DNA from: an uncultured Chloroflexia bacterium
GTDB taxonomy: Bacteria > Chloroflexota > Anaerolineae > CG2-30-64-16
DNA length: 64,000 bases
Direction: 5' to 3'
Assembly: GCA_963774265.1 (NCBI GenBank)
Contig: CAVZDU010000005.1
Coordinates: forward strand, 352,001 to 416,000
Part shown: in pieces, positions 47,086 through 58,035 of the stretch
Layout of the letters: each line of letters starts with the position of its first letter
Numbering within the stretch: position 1 is the first letter of the stretch
Program-made: the position numbers and the translations under genes
Notes under the pieces: model-generated
What the model saw: the letters and a program-made list of their open reading frames with translations, nothing else
Told to the model about the DNA's origin: nothing
The model's database searches: none

Positions 47086-47907
47086 ACTCGACCCAGCGCG
47101 TCTTGACATCGACCATATCCAGACTATGGAGATACTCGCCGGCCGTGCTGGGGCCACAGTGGGCGACCAAATCGACTTCCATGAAGCCGGGCTGCGCATC
47201 GTCCCACTCGGCGAACGTCCGCACGGGAATCGCCGCCTTCAGCAGCGTCCCCGGTTTGGTCGTACCCAAGCCGTGGGGCTTGGTCGCCGCCCGCGCCCGC
47301 ACGAGCAGCCGATCGGCCGTGGCTGCACTGATCTGCAGCAGCAAACCCCACGTTTCGGGATCCAACGCCAACTCACCATGCCGTTCCAGGGCCTCGACGT
47401 AGTGGGGCAGGACGGCGACCAAGCGTTTGCCGCAGATACCGTTGGCCACGCGCCACACGTTTTCGAGGGCCGCCTGCACCCGGCCGCCATACTTGCTGCG
47501 CCGCGGCCGCCGCCTGGCCACGCTGCGCGGCGGCGGATGGTTCAGCAAGTGAATCGCATACTTGCGGTGGTAGCCCGTAGCCGCCACAAATTCGTCCAAA
47601 ATCTGCTGCTTAGCCGGCCGTTGGCCCAGCGTATAGCGTGGCCGGATCGCCTTCAGCAACTCGCGCTTGCTTGTCGGACTCATCATGCCTCACATTCTCC
47701 CCGGCCCCTCGTCTTGGCTGTGACGACACGCCGGTAAGATTATGATCTGAGGCAACGATCCTTGGAAAGTAAGATTTGGCGTGAGTCAATTCGCCCTGGT
47801 GACAAAGCGTCAAAAGCGTGCTAGACTACACGTCAGCCAGGGCTATGTGGCGCCACCCGGCGCCACATTTGCGTTCGCGGGTCCCCCCTTACCGATAGGA
47901 GCCAGCC

Positions 47908-49743
47908 ATGTACTGGATCAGGCCATCTCTCGCCCGACGACCTGCCGGATGGGCTGTCAGAGTCGTCATCATCCTCCTGATCGCTGCATCCTTCATGGCC
48001 GCGTGCCAGGTGCCGGCAACTCCGCCGCCCGCAACGGCTGCTCAGGCGGCCACGGTCACCACCGAGCCACCCACCGAGACCGCTACCACCCCGCCCACGG
48101 CCACATTGACCGCTGTCCCTACGGAAACGGCGACGCCCCGCTCCACCCCGACCCCTGAGAGTGCCCCAACCGACACGCCGAGCCCGACCGTCGTGGCGAC
48201 CCCGACGATCACGGCCAGCCCGGTGCCTACGATCACGCCTGGCGCATCCCCGCGCCCCAGCGCCACGCCCCAGCCGCGCGCCACCGCCGGCCCCGCGCGG
48301 TTGCCCGACTTCGAGTCGGCGATCAGTTGGGTGCGGGGCAACCAGCCCTATGGGACCTTCGAACGTTCCGCGGACCGGCCCAAAACGGGTTCCTACTCGG
48401 GTAGGCTGAGCTACGACTTCCCTGCGGTGGCCGGCAACTTCGTGGTGTTCGAGCCGCGGCCGGCCATACCGTTGCCCGGCAAGCCTTCCGGCATCACCGC
48501 CTGGGTGTATGGTGACGGATCGGGTCACTTCCTCAATATCTGGCTGCGGGACGCGGGAGGCGAACGCCGATCTTACACGTTCGGCCCTGTGGGGCAGGCC
48601 GGCTGGCAACAGATGACTGCCTGGTTCGACGACGCGCGGGGGTGGCCTAACGGACATATTGACGGCCCGGACAACGGCCAGGTGGACTTCCCGGTGAGCC
48701 TCAACGCGTTGGTGCTGGACGGCGTGCCCGACGGTCAGGCGAGTCGTGGCGTCATCTACGTGGATGAGATGGCGACGACCGTAGAGCCGATAGCGCGTCC
48801 AACGGCGAGCCCAACGGCGCCGCCGGAAGCCAGCCCGACGCCCGCACCTACCACCGAGTCCGGGCCAACTGCCCCATCAGGGGAGTCCGTGCCCGCACCC
48901 TTAGCGGGCCGGATCGCGGTGCCGATCTATGCCCCCGATCGCGCGACCTACGATATTTACATTTTTGACCCCGCCTGCAACTGCATGGATCGCGTGATCG
49001 ACGACGCCAGCCAGCCGGCCCTCAGCCCGGACGGACGGCGCCTGGCGTTTCGCCGCTGGAAGAGCGATGATCGCGGGGTTGTGGTGATGGACACCTACGG
49101 CGGCAACAAGAAGCGCCTCAGCAACTTCCTGGAGGACGCGCTGCCCACCTGGTCGCCCGATGCTCGCACCCTCATCTTCTCCTCGCGGCGCGAGAGCGAT
49201 CGCCAGTCGCGGATTTACGCGGTGGAGGTGGCCGGCGGCGGCGACTGGCAGTTGCAGCGAGACGGGGGGCCGGTTTACGGGCAGCACCCGACCTGGGCCG
49301 CCAACAATCAGGTGCTCTATCACACAGATTGGCCCGATGTCGGCGTGGGGCTCATGAACCCGGATGGGGGAGGCTTCGCTCAGGTCGTGGCGGACGGCTC
49401 GGCCACAGCGCCTTCACCCGCCCCGGACGGGCAGGCCGTGGCCTACATGTCGCAAGTGGGCGGGTCGTGGGATATCTACCGTGTGAACGCCGCTGGCGGC
49501 GGTCGCGTCCGGCTCACCGAGAACGGCGCTAACGATGGCCTGCCGGCCTGGTCGCCTGACGGCCGCAGCATCGCTTTCTTGTCAGACAGGAGCGGCGCCT
49601 GGGCGTTGTGGGTGATGAACGCCGACGGCAGCGCTCAACGCAAGCTGGTCGACCTGCCCGGCCCGCCCGATGGCCGCGTCCGCCAGGAGCCCGACTTCAG
49701 CACGCGCGGCTGGACCGACGAGCGCATCTCCTGGGCGCCCTGA
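47908..49743 (+). CDS. Lipoprotein: Pro/Thr linker, carbohydrate-binding-like domain, TolB-like PD40 propeller
   Basis: Lipobox FMAAC; WVYGDGSGH; PAWSPDGR.IAF.SDR repeats. Confidence 0.8.
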   Translation: MYWIRPSLARRPAGWAVRVVIILLIAASFMAACQVPATPPPATAAQAATVTTEPPTETATTPPTATLTAVPTETATPRSTPTPESAPTDTPSPTVVATPTITASPVPTITPGASPRPSATPQPRATAGPARLPDFESAISWVRGNQPYGTFERSADRPKTGSYSGRLSYDFPAVAGNFVVFEPRPAIPLPGKPSGITAWVYGDGSGHFLNIWLRDAGGERRSYTFGPVGQAGWQQMTAWFDDARGWPNGHIDGPDNGQVDFPVSLNALVLDGVPDGQASRGVIYVDEMATTVEPIARPTASPTAPPEASPTPAPTTESGPTAPSGESVPAPLAGRIAVPIYAPDRATYDIYIFDPACNCMDRVIDDASQPALSPDGRRLAFRRWKSDDRGVVVMDTYGGNKKRLSNFLEDALPTWSPDARTLIFSSRRESDRQSRIYAVEVAGGGDWQLQRDGGPVYGQHPTWAANNQVLYHTDWPDVGVGLMNPDGGGFAQVVADGSATAPSPAPDGQAVAYMSQVGGSWDIYRVNAAGGGRVRLTENGANDGLPAWSPDGRSIAFLSDRSGAWALWVMNADGSAQRKLVDLPGPPDGRVRQEPDFSTRGWTDERISWAP

Positions 49744-49756
49744 AATAGGAGTCAAC

Positions 49757-50995
49757 ATGAAGATCGATGGAAAACGGCTCAACGACCGGCTGGCACGATT
49801 GGCCGCGTTCGGCCAGACCCCTGAAGGTGGGGTCACGCGGCCCACGTTCACGCCCGCGTATATGCAGGCCGCGGAGGTGGTCGCCGGCTGGATGGCCGAG
49901 GCTGGGCTGACCGTCCGCCGGGACGCGGTGGGCAATCTGATCGGCCGCCGGGAAGGCACGCGGTCCGGTTTCCCTGCTGTTGCCCTGGGCTCACACATTG
50001 ACACTGTCATCAGCGGTGGCCGCTACGATGGCGCGCTGGGCGTGTTGACCGGGATCGAGGTCGCGCAGGCGCTGCACGAGGACGGGGTGCGCCTGCAGCA
50101 TCCGCTGGAAGTCATTGCGTTCATCGAAGAAGAAGGGACGCGATGGGCCACTGCGATGTTGGGCAGCCGTTTGATGCTCGGCCTCATCTCCGAGGAGTTC
50201 GTGCAGCAGCGGACCGACCGCCAGGGTGTGACCATCAGCCAGGCGCTGGCCGGCGCGGGCCTGGACCCCAGCCGTTTCCGTGAAGCGGCCCGCGCGGCGG
50301 ACGAGTTCCACGCTTACGTTGAACTGCACATCGAACAGGGCGCGGTGCTCGAGAGCCTGGGGCTGCCAGTGGGCGCGGTGACAGGCATTGCAGGCCCGCT
50401 GTTCCTCGCGTTGCGCCTGCGGGGGCGCACCGACCATGCAGGCGCAACACCCATGCACCTGCGCCGCGATGCCCTCGTGGCCGCCAGCCAATTGGTATTG
50501 GCCGCACAAGAGGCCCCCGCGACCGTGTCGCCCACGGCTGTGGCCACGGTTGGACGGTTGGAGGTGAGCCCCGGCGCCATCAATGCGATCCCGGGTGAAG
50601 TCTTCATGACATTTGACCTGCGCGACATCGTCGAAGCCCAGCGCGACCGCCTGGAGCAGACCGTACGCGCGGCCATCGACCGGATCGCGTCCGCGGCCGG
50701 GCTGGCCTACGAGGTGGAGGAACTCACCCGCCATAAGCCCGTGCTGCTGCCCGAGCACATGGTGAATGCGGTAGTCGGTGCGTGCGAAGCCGCGGGCGTC
50801 CCAATCCACCGGCTACCCAGCGGCGCGGGCCACGACGCGCAAGTGATGGCCGAGATCACCGACACGGCGATGATTTTTGTGCGGAGCCAGGATGGCATCA
50901 GCCACAGCCCGCGCGAGTACAGCTCGCCGGAGGACATCGTCGCGGGCGCTGAGGTGCTCTATCGCACGACCCTGGCCCTGGCGGGAGCCGGCTGA
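49757..50995 (+). CDS. M20 Zn amidohydrolase (allantoate / N-carbamoyl-amino-acid amidohydrolase family)
   Basis: GSHIDTV..GGRYDG.LGV, EEEG, ELHIEQG, HAGATPM, SGAGHDA, GISHSP.E. Confidence 0.93.
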   Translation: MKIDGKRLNDRLARLAAFGQTPEGGVTRPTFTPAYMQAAEVVAGWMAEAGLTVRRDAVGNLIGRREGTRSGFPAVALGSHIDTVISGGRYDGALGVLTGIEVAQALHEDGVRLQHPLEVIAFIEEEGTRWATAMLGSRLMLGLISEEFVQQRTDRQGVTISQALAGAGLDPSRFREAARAADEFHAYVELHIEQGAVLESLGLPVGAVTGIAGPLFLALRLRGRTDHAGATPMHLRRDALVAASQLVLAAQEAPATVSPTAVATVGRLEVSPGAINAIPGEVFMTFDLRDIVEAQRDRLEQTVRAAIDRIASAAGLAYEVEELTRHKPVLLPEHMVNAVVGACEAAGVPIHRLPSGAGHDAQVMAEITDTAMIFVRSQDGISHSPREYSSPEDIVAGAEVLYRTTLALAGAG

Positions 50996-51038
50996 ACTGA
51001 GACCGTGCCGCTATTGTTTTCAAAGGAGTCCCGTTCGA

Positions 51039-51188
51039 TTGAAAGAGTCACCATCTACAAAGCGGCGCTACCCTCGGTTCTGGGAGCGCGCAGTGCCCAT
51101 CGCGGTCGCCATCATCGGCCTTCTCATCCTCGCACTGCTGATTTTTGTCGTTGCGGTTGCGCTTGGGCTGACGCCCGGCGGCCGCTAA
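51039..51188 (+). CDS. Small single-TM membrane protein (49 aa)
   Basis: AAGGAG RBS, TTG start, basic N-terminus, hydrophobic helix. Confidence 0.55.
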   Translation: MKESPSTKRRYPRFWERAVPIAVAIIGLLILALLIFVVAVALGLTPGGR

Positions 51189-51242
51189 GGCCTGCGCCGG
51201 AAGACGCCGGTCACCCTCCTCATTCGTTTTCGGAGTCGAAAT

Positions 51243-51962
51243 ATGCCTGCAATCTATCGAGTCTTGCCTTTCGTTTCTTGTGTTGTAAGCTTCATCCTGG
51301 CAGCCGCCCTGCTCAGACGCTACGCCGCGAAACGCGGCGCGCACCAGTTGCTCTGGGGGCTGGGCATGGTCTTTTACGGTATTGGGGGACTGTGCGAAGG
51401 CTATCACGGTGTCGCCGGTTGGAACCCGCTGGTGTTCAGGATGTGGTATCTCTTCGGCGCGGTGCTGGTCGCCGCGTGGCTGGGCCAGGGAACGGTCTAC
51501 TTGCTCGCGTGGCGTAGGGTAGCCAACATCCTCATGGTTGTGTTGGGGCTGGCCTCCCTGTACGCCGCGATTCGCGTTTTCGGCGCCCAGCTCGACCCGA
51601 CCTTGATGACTGGCAGCGTGCACACCGGCAGCGAGATGAGCGGCCACGCGATCGTAACACCCGGCGTACGGAGCCTGACGCCGTTCTTCAATCTCTACGG
51701 CACCGTGACCCTGGTCGGCGGCGCCGCGTACTCGGCCTGGGTTTTCTGGCGGAAGCGCGTGCTTCTCCACCGCGCGATCGGGAATGTCCTGATCGCGGTC
51801 GGTGCGATCTTGCCCGCGTTCGGTGGCGCGTTCAGCCGGCTTGGCATCGGCGGCGCGCTTTACCTGAGCGAGCTGTTGGGCGCGCTCCTGCTCCTCGTCG
51901 GTTTCTGGCGCGCCATCACGCCTATCGGGTCCGCGACTGACGTGGCCGTGAAGGACTTCTAG
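51243..51962 (+). CDS. Polytopic membrane protein (about 7 TM), function unknown
   Basis: Seven hydrophobic segments across 239 aa. Confidence 0.75.
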   Translation: MPAIYRVLPFVSCVVSFILAAALLRRYAAKRGAHQLLWGLGMVFYGIGGLCEGYHGVAGWNPLVFRMWYLFGAVLVAAWLGQGTVYLLAWRRVANILMVVLGLASLYAAIRVFGAQLDPTLMTGSVHTGSEMSGHAIVTPGVRSLTPFFNLYGTVTLVGGAAYSAWVFWRKRVLLHRAIGNVLIAVGAILPAFGGAFSRLGIGGALYLSELLGALLLLVGFWRAITPIGSATDVAVKDF

Positions 51963-52028
51963 CGCGCTCGCCGCCGCGCGACATATAATGTGACCGCACG
52001 TCCATCTCACACCAGGGATATCCTATCC

Positions 52029-55000
52029 ATGCCTGACGACCACTACGACCTCGATCTGACTCCCGGCGACATCGGTCGGTTAGAGAACCGTGAGGCGCTG
52101 ATCGCGCTCTTTGCGCGACTGGGCTACAACGTCGACGATGCGGCGAAGACGCCGCACAGCAGCCTGGGCCTGGACGCGGAGGACCTGAAGCACCAGGTGC
52201 ACTCCATCTACCGCCTCGCCGCGGACCCGGAGGATGGCGAGATTGTCATCTACCTCTACGAAGTGCGCTCAGTCACCAAAGCGCTCATCGACGCGGTCAG
52301 CCGGCCGTTCGGCAGCCGGGGCGGCTCACCCCTGCTGGTTCTGACCCACGATTACGAGCAGCTCGATTTCGTCCTGGTGCTGCCCCAGAAACGGACCCCG
52401 GGCCGCGATGGCGTGGTGCGCTATGGCGTTGAAACCCGGAGCATCAAGGTCGACCGGCGAAAGGTGTCGACCGTGCACCTGCGCGTGCTCAAACGGTTTA
52501 CCTTTACCGAGGCCGAAAGCGACCAGCAGTGGGACAAGCTCGTCGCCGCGTTCACCTACGCGGCCACCGCGGGCGAGTTCTTCAACAACCGTGCGCTCTT
52601 CTCCGATTACTACCTGACCCACCGCCTGACCGACCGGCAACTGACCCCCGAATGGCAGGAGGAAGACCAGGCGCGCTACCTCGCGCGAGCGGCCAGCCGG
52701 CTGCTGGTCAACGCGCGGGTCGCGACTGGCCAACCAGCCTCAGTCCGTCATCCGGCGTGAGCTTTTCGAGCCGCTCTTCAAGGATCTACGCCTGAAGCCG
52801 GAGGCACCGCCCAGGAACGCCGCGACGGCCAGGCAGGCTCAGCCCGACTACCTGCTCTTCGACCCCGATGACCGGACCGCCGCGCTGGCGGCCGCGCTCA
52901 TCTATCCCTGGGATCGCAACCTCGACGACGCGGACCGCCAGCGCGACCCCGAGCGGGGGGACGAGATCCCCGGCGCGCGTGTGGTCAGCGTGCTGGCCGA
53001 AGGGGGCGTCAACTGGGCGATCGTCACCAACGGCAAGGCCTGGCGGCTCTATGCGGCCAACGCGGACAACCGCGCGACCAACTACTACGAGATCGACCTG
53101 GAAGAAGCGTTGGCCTCGGTCGACCACCTGACCGCTACCAAATACTGGTGGCTCTTCTTCCGCCGCGAGGCGTTCACCGGGTTTCTCGACCGCATGCTGA
53201 AGGGGTCGGCCGAGTACGCCAAGGGGCTACGCGAGCGCTTGAAGGACCGCGTCTTCGAGGATGTCTTTGCGGCCTTCGCCGAGGGGTTCATCCTGTACGG
53301 CCGCGCGCGGGGCGCCGAACCATCCCTCGATGACGCGTTCGGCGGCACGATGACCTTCCTGTACCGGCTGATGTTCATCCTTTATGCGGAGAGCCTGGGG
53401 CTGCTGCCCGAATATGAAGCGCGCGGCTACGGCGAAAAGAGCATGGGGCGGCTCAAGCATGAAATCGCCCTCGCGGGGGGCGATGTGGAGGATGAAGCGC
53501 CTGCCCGGCTGGCCGCGGCGTATCGCGCCGACAACACGGATCTGTACCGGCGGCTCAGCGAGCTCTTCACCGCGGTCGACCAGGGCGACGCGGGCCTCAA
53601 CCTGCCGCGTTACAACGGCGGCCTGTTCAGCAAGACCACGCCTGCGGGCCAGTTCCTGGCGAGCCACGCCATCCCGGACCGCTACCTGGCGCTCGGTCTC
53701 GACCGGCTGTGCCGCGACCTGGACGACAAGACCCACGCCCTGGTCATGGTCGACTACAAGACGCTGGGCGTGCGCGAGCTCGGCTCGATCTACGAAGGGC
53801 TGCTCGAATTCAAGCTGCGAATCGCGGGGGAGCCGCTCGCGGTCGTGCGCGAGGGCGGCAATGAGGTTTACTTGCCGCTCGAAAAGGCCAAGGGCAAACG
53901 CGTGCGTCGCGGCGAAGGCTATCGGCGACGTCTACCTCGAGAACGATAAGCGGGAGCGCAAGGCCAGCGGCTCGTATTACACGCCCGACTACATCGTCAA
54001 GTACATCGTGGCGCACACCGTGGGCCCGGTGCTCCAACGCAAGTTCGAGGGGTTGCGCCCGCAGCTCGACGACGCACAGCGGAAGTATCGCAATCATAAG
54101 AAGAATGTGCTCGCGAGCGGCAATCTGCAGCCGCCTGAGCTCTTCTGGAAGAATGACGCCATGGCCCGGCTGGCGGACGACTGCCTGGACATCAAGGTGC
54201 TCGATCCGGCCATGGGCAGCGGCCATTTCCTCGTCGAGGCGGTCGATTTCGTCTCCAACCAACTGATCGACTTCCTGAACGGCTGGAGCGAGAACCCGGT
54301 GTGGGGGCTGCTGGCCCGCACGCAGGAGGACATCCTGGCCGACATGGTGCGCCAGGAGGTGACCATCGATCGGCGCAAGCTGACGCGCGTCAACCTGCTC
54401 AAGCGCGCGGTGCTCAAGCGCGGCATCTACGGCGTCGACCTGAACGAGATGGCCGTGGAGCTGGCCAAGCTGTCGCTGTGGCTGGATGCGTTCACGCTGG
54501 GCGCTCCGCTGAGCTTTTTGGATCACCACCTGAAGAACGGCAACAGCCTGATCGGCGTGCGTATCAAAGAGGTGGAGGACGCGCTCGAGGCGGCCGAAGC
54601 CGAGCAGTTGGGGCTGCTGGAGCAGAGCCAATTCGCGGGCGTGATGCTGGCGACCGACCTGATGCGGCAGGTGGGCTATCTCAGCGATAACACGGTGAGT
54701 CAGTTGGAAGAGAGCCGGCGGCAGTATGAGCAGGCCGTCGCCCACCTTGCGCCTTACAAACGCATGTTGGACGTGTACACGTCGCGCTGGTTCGGCAACC
54801 ACCCGAATCTGGGGAAGGCCAAGGCGTTCGACCCGACGATCGCGTTCCTGAAACGTGACGACGCGGTTGACTGGTTGAACGATCCGACGAAAGCCTTCCC
54901 CGAGAGAGACTACATGGACGCGCGGGGCGTGGCAGCGACCGCGCTGGCCGCGGCAAAGGGAAAACGCTTCTTTCATTGGGAGCTGGAGTTCCCGGAGGTG

Positions 55001-57188
55001 TTTTTCGCCGCGAGCACGCCAGGCGGGCAGGACATCGATCTACGCGAGGGCGCGGGGTTCGACGCGGTGGTGGGGAATCCGCCGTATGCAGAGCTTTCGG
55101 AACTCGATGCTGGTCGTTCTTTACCTGAGAAGGATTTTTTTAACTCGTACCCAGGATTCGGATCCGCACAAGAATCCGAAGGCCGACTCAACTGGTATCA
55201 CTACTTCATGGTTCAAGGCCTCAATCTGGCAAGACATGCTGGCCTATGCAGCTTCATTGTACCGATGTCTTGGATGGGGGACAGCTTCACCGTCGGTGTG
55301 CGAAGATGGATGCTCCGCGAGCACACACCGCTTCGCGTTGAAGCCTTTCCTCAGAAGGACGATCCGAGAGATCGAGTCTTTTATGAAGCCAAACTGCCTA
55401 CAAGTATCTTCGTCTCGCAAAAGGGCATCGTGCAGGCAGAGCTGCGGGTTCGAGTGCACCCAGGACGTTTGATTCTTCCGAGTCCACATTATGAAGCTAA
55501 TCTCAGTGCAATCATGGCTTTAAGCCCCAATTCCTGGCTGATCCCTCTCGTTACTCCGGACGAATGGCGAATATTATCCCGGCTTGCTCAGGATTCGAAC
55601 CTTGGTCGCCTTGACGCCCACGGAGCAGTCCCCACATCCGGGGAAATCATCTTTAATGCCGCCACACGTCCGTACATGACCTCCGACAGTCACTATGATC
55701 TGATCTTGAGGGGTAGTCACGTCCAACGCTACGAACTCGTTGAAAAGGCGAAGCAAGGGGTTCCTGAATACTTGAACACGGCCGCATACCTGGCGCAAGC
55801 AGGTACAGACTCTAAGGCTTTTGCTTTCAAACACCCTCGAATCGTGTATCAAGAAGGATCTGCTATCGATGCCTGGCGACGTGTAGTGCCCACATATCTC
55901 CCAGCGGGGGCGATTTGCGGTCACAAAATCTGCTACTTCACCGATTACAAGATAGACATGTTCGCCTTCTTGGCGATTTATGCCAGCAACTTCGTGAATT
56001 GGCTCGTTGAGAAACTGAGCGTAACGAACAGTCTTCCGGCTTACCTCATCGGCAGTCTCCCCTTTCCGATTCTCAACAAGCCGGTGAATGAAGAGCACGA
56101 AGAACTATCACAGGAAAACTTGGCTCGTTTGGCTCACCGAATGCTCGACCTCAACAAACGCCGCGCCGTCGAGACCAAGCGTTTCCTCACCTGGCTCGAA
56201 TCGCGCCTCCACATCAAACTGGACAAGGACGGCGCGACCGGCATCGACTCACTGGCGGGCAAGTCCATCCTCCAGAACTACCTGGGCGATTACCAGAAGG
56301 GCGAGCGGGAGCGGACGTGGGATGAGTTCTACGGCCGCCTCTTTCAGAATCGCCGGCGCTTCGGCGTGGTCCTGGCGGACGTCAGGGGCGAGATCGAAGC
56401 TGAGTACGAGAAGTCGCTGGCGGTGCTGCAGCCGATCAAGCAGCAGCTTGCGGCCACCGACAACCTGATCGACAAGATCGTCTATCGGCTCTACGGCCTG
56501 ACCGAGGAGGAGATCGCGATCATCGAGGGGCCCGCGTTCGAGCAGGCACAGGCCGACGCGAAGGCGGCGGTGGTCGGGGACAAAGAGCTGCAGGCCGACC
56601 CGGACAAGGCCCTTGCAGAGATGGCCGACCGGGTGCGCGCTGGCGGGCGAGCGGGTGGTCAATCAGCTCTCGCTGGCAGAAGAGCGCAGGCTGCTCGATG
56701 CGGCGCTGCCCGGGTGGAACCTCTTTCCCGACGACGTCGCCAAGGCGCTGCTCACGGGCGAATATTCGATCCGCAGCATGCCCGATGGCCTGGACTTCTC
56801 CGGGACGGTTGTGGAGTACGGCAAGGCAGTGGAGGCCGCGATCTATCATCGCATCTTCCTGCGCTTTCGCGCGGAGGCCGGGTGCACCGCGGATGATGTC
56901 CAAAACGAAGAGGTGTTCAAGCCGTTCATGGGGAACCCGGATAAGAAGATCACGCTCGGCAGCTTCACCATGCTGTTCAGTTCCAAGGAGAAGGCGTTGC
57001 ACGCGTTCGTCCGTCGCATCTACCCGCGCGTGGATGAAGTGATCTACGGGAAGGCGGGGGTGCTCAAGCTGTTGAGCGATCAGGCGAATATCGATCTGCG
57101 CAACGCGGCCGCGCACGACAAGGTGCTCGACCGCGAGGCGGCGAAAGCCGTGCGTGCGTGGGCGTTTGCGGTGCTGCGGAATCTGTAG
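52029..57188 (+). CDS. Type IIG/Eco57I-like fused restriction endonuclease-N6-adenine methyltransferase with C-terminal HEPN-like extension (frameshifts near 52740-52790, 53905, 56640)
   Basis: WAIVTNGK.WRLY, LYRLMFILYAES, YNGGLF, LGSIYEGLLE, SGSYYTP, LDPAMGSGHFL, GNPPY, IDKIVYRLYGLT; then YGKAVE..LRNAAAH. Confidence 0.85.
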
Positions 57189-57200
57189 AGGTGCGGACTT

Positions 57201-57232
57201 AGGTGCCCGGCACTTCGAAGTGCCGGGCACCT
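57201..57232. repeat. Intergenic copy of the AGGTGCCCGGCAC palindromic element
   Basis: Perfect 32-bp palindrome AGGTGCCCGGCACTTCGAAGTGCCGGGCACCT. Confidence 0.85.
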
Positions 57233-57256
57233 GGCGGGGCACCTGACCGAAGCGCA

Positions 57257-57307
57257 TTGACACGCCTGGCCGGCAGTGCTACAATGTGACCACATGAAGT
57301 GGTCACA
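57257..57307 (+). promoter_or_regulatory. TA operon promoter and autoregulatory operator
   Basis: TTGACA-17-TACAAT (extended TG) directly followed by the inverted repeat TGTGACCAC-ATGAA-GTGGTCACA. Confidence 0.8.
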
Positions 57308-57324
57308 AAGGGACGAGGTGTATC

Positions 57325-57591
57325 ATGCCGGAGATTGGCATTCGTGAATTGAAGAGCCAGGCATCAGAAATCGTGCGCGCGGTGCGCGAAGGCCGGGTGG
57401 AGTATGTGATCACCCACCGCGGCCGGCCGGTTGCGATGATCGTGCCGTTCGAGGAAGCATCGGAAGAGACAATGCGGTCTCATGAGGCGTTTTGGGACGA
57501 GATGGACGCGTTGGCGGATGAGTTGGCCGCAACATGGGACGCTGAGAAGAGCCCGTTGGAATACTTCTTTGAGCAGAGGCGCCAGTCGTGA
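57325..57591 (+). CDS. Phd/YefM-family antitoxin
   Basis: IGIRELK..ASEIVRAV..G....ITHRGRPVA.IVP. Confidence 0.92.
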   Translation: MPEIGIRELKSQASEIVRAVREGRVEYVITHRGRPVAMIVPFEEASEETMRSHEAFWDEMDALADELAATWDAEKSPLEYFFEQRRQS

Positions 57592-58035
57592 TTCCTTCGA
57601 TCATCGTACTCGATCCCAGTGTCCTCGTTGCCTCGGTCAGCCAGATGGAAGATGGGCACCAGAGTGCGAGAGTACTTATGCGCCAACTGGCAGCAAGCCC
57701 GATGCAGATCTTGATGCCAGTGATTGGATTGCCGGAGCTAGCCTCCGGTCTTGGTCGCGGCCGGCGGTCGCAACCTACCGCGTTCAAGTTGCTCTCGCGT
57801 TTCAGGGAAACACCCAACCTGCACTTGCGGCCTGTGCTGGAGTCGCTGGCTGATGTCGCTGCAGAGTTGGCGCTGAGCCACAGAATCAAAGGTTGCGACG
57901 CTATTTACGTGGCATTAGCGCGCGAAATGCAGATTCCACTCATCACGCTCGATCAAGAGCAAGCGAGGCCGCGCGCCTGTGGAGGTTATAGTCCTGACGC
58001 CCGAACAGGCCCTGGCGGAGTGGTTAGCAACGTGA
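57588..58035 (+). CDS. PIN-domain (VapC-like) toxin; one frameshift near 57965
   Basis: VLDPSVLV, PE, DAIYVALA, LITLD; the +1 frame gives ..VLTPEQALAEWLAT* ending in a GTGA overlap with the next gene. Confidence 0.85.

Larger units (their letters stand above)
44861..47686 (-). pseudogene. DDE (integrase-core) transposase split by the inner IS
   Basis: N-half ..PGFMEVDLVAHCG..DVKTRWVE joins C-half LAALRNRSQ..DSDNGSEF..RPYQKND.AYVEQKN once the insert and one TSD copy are removed. Confidence 0.85.
44766..47793 (-). mobile_element. Insertion sequence (ISNCY-type; about 1.4 kb without the insert, 5-bp TSD, ISLbi1-like by size and TSD) interrupted by a second IS
   Basis: TSD CCCTG at 44761-44765 and 47794-47798; inverted ends CGTATTGCCTCA / TGAGTCAATTCG, each end with two GTAAGAT..TGAG(G/T)CAA motifs. 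Confidence 0.8.
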
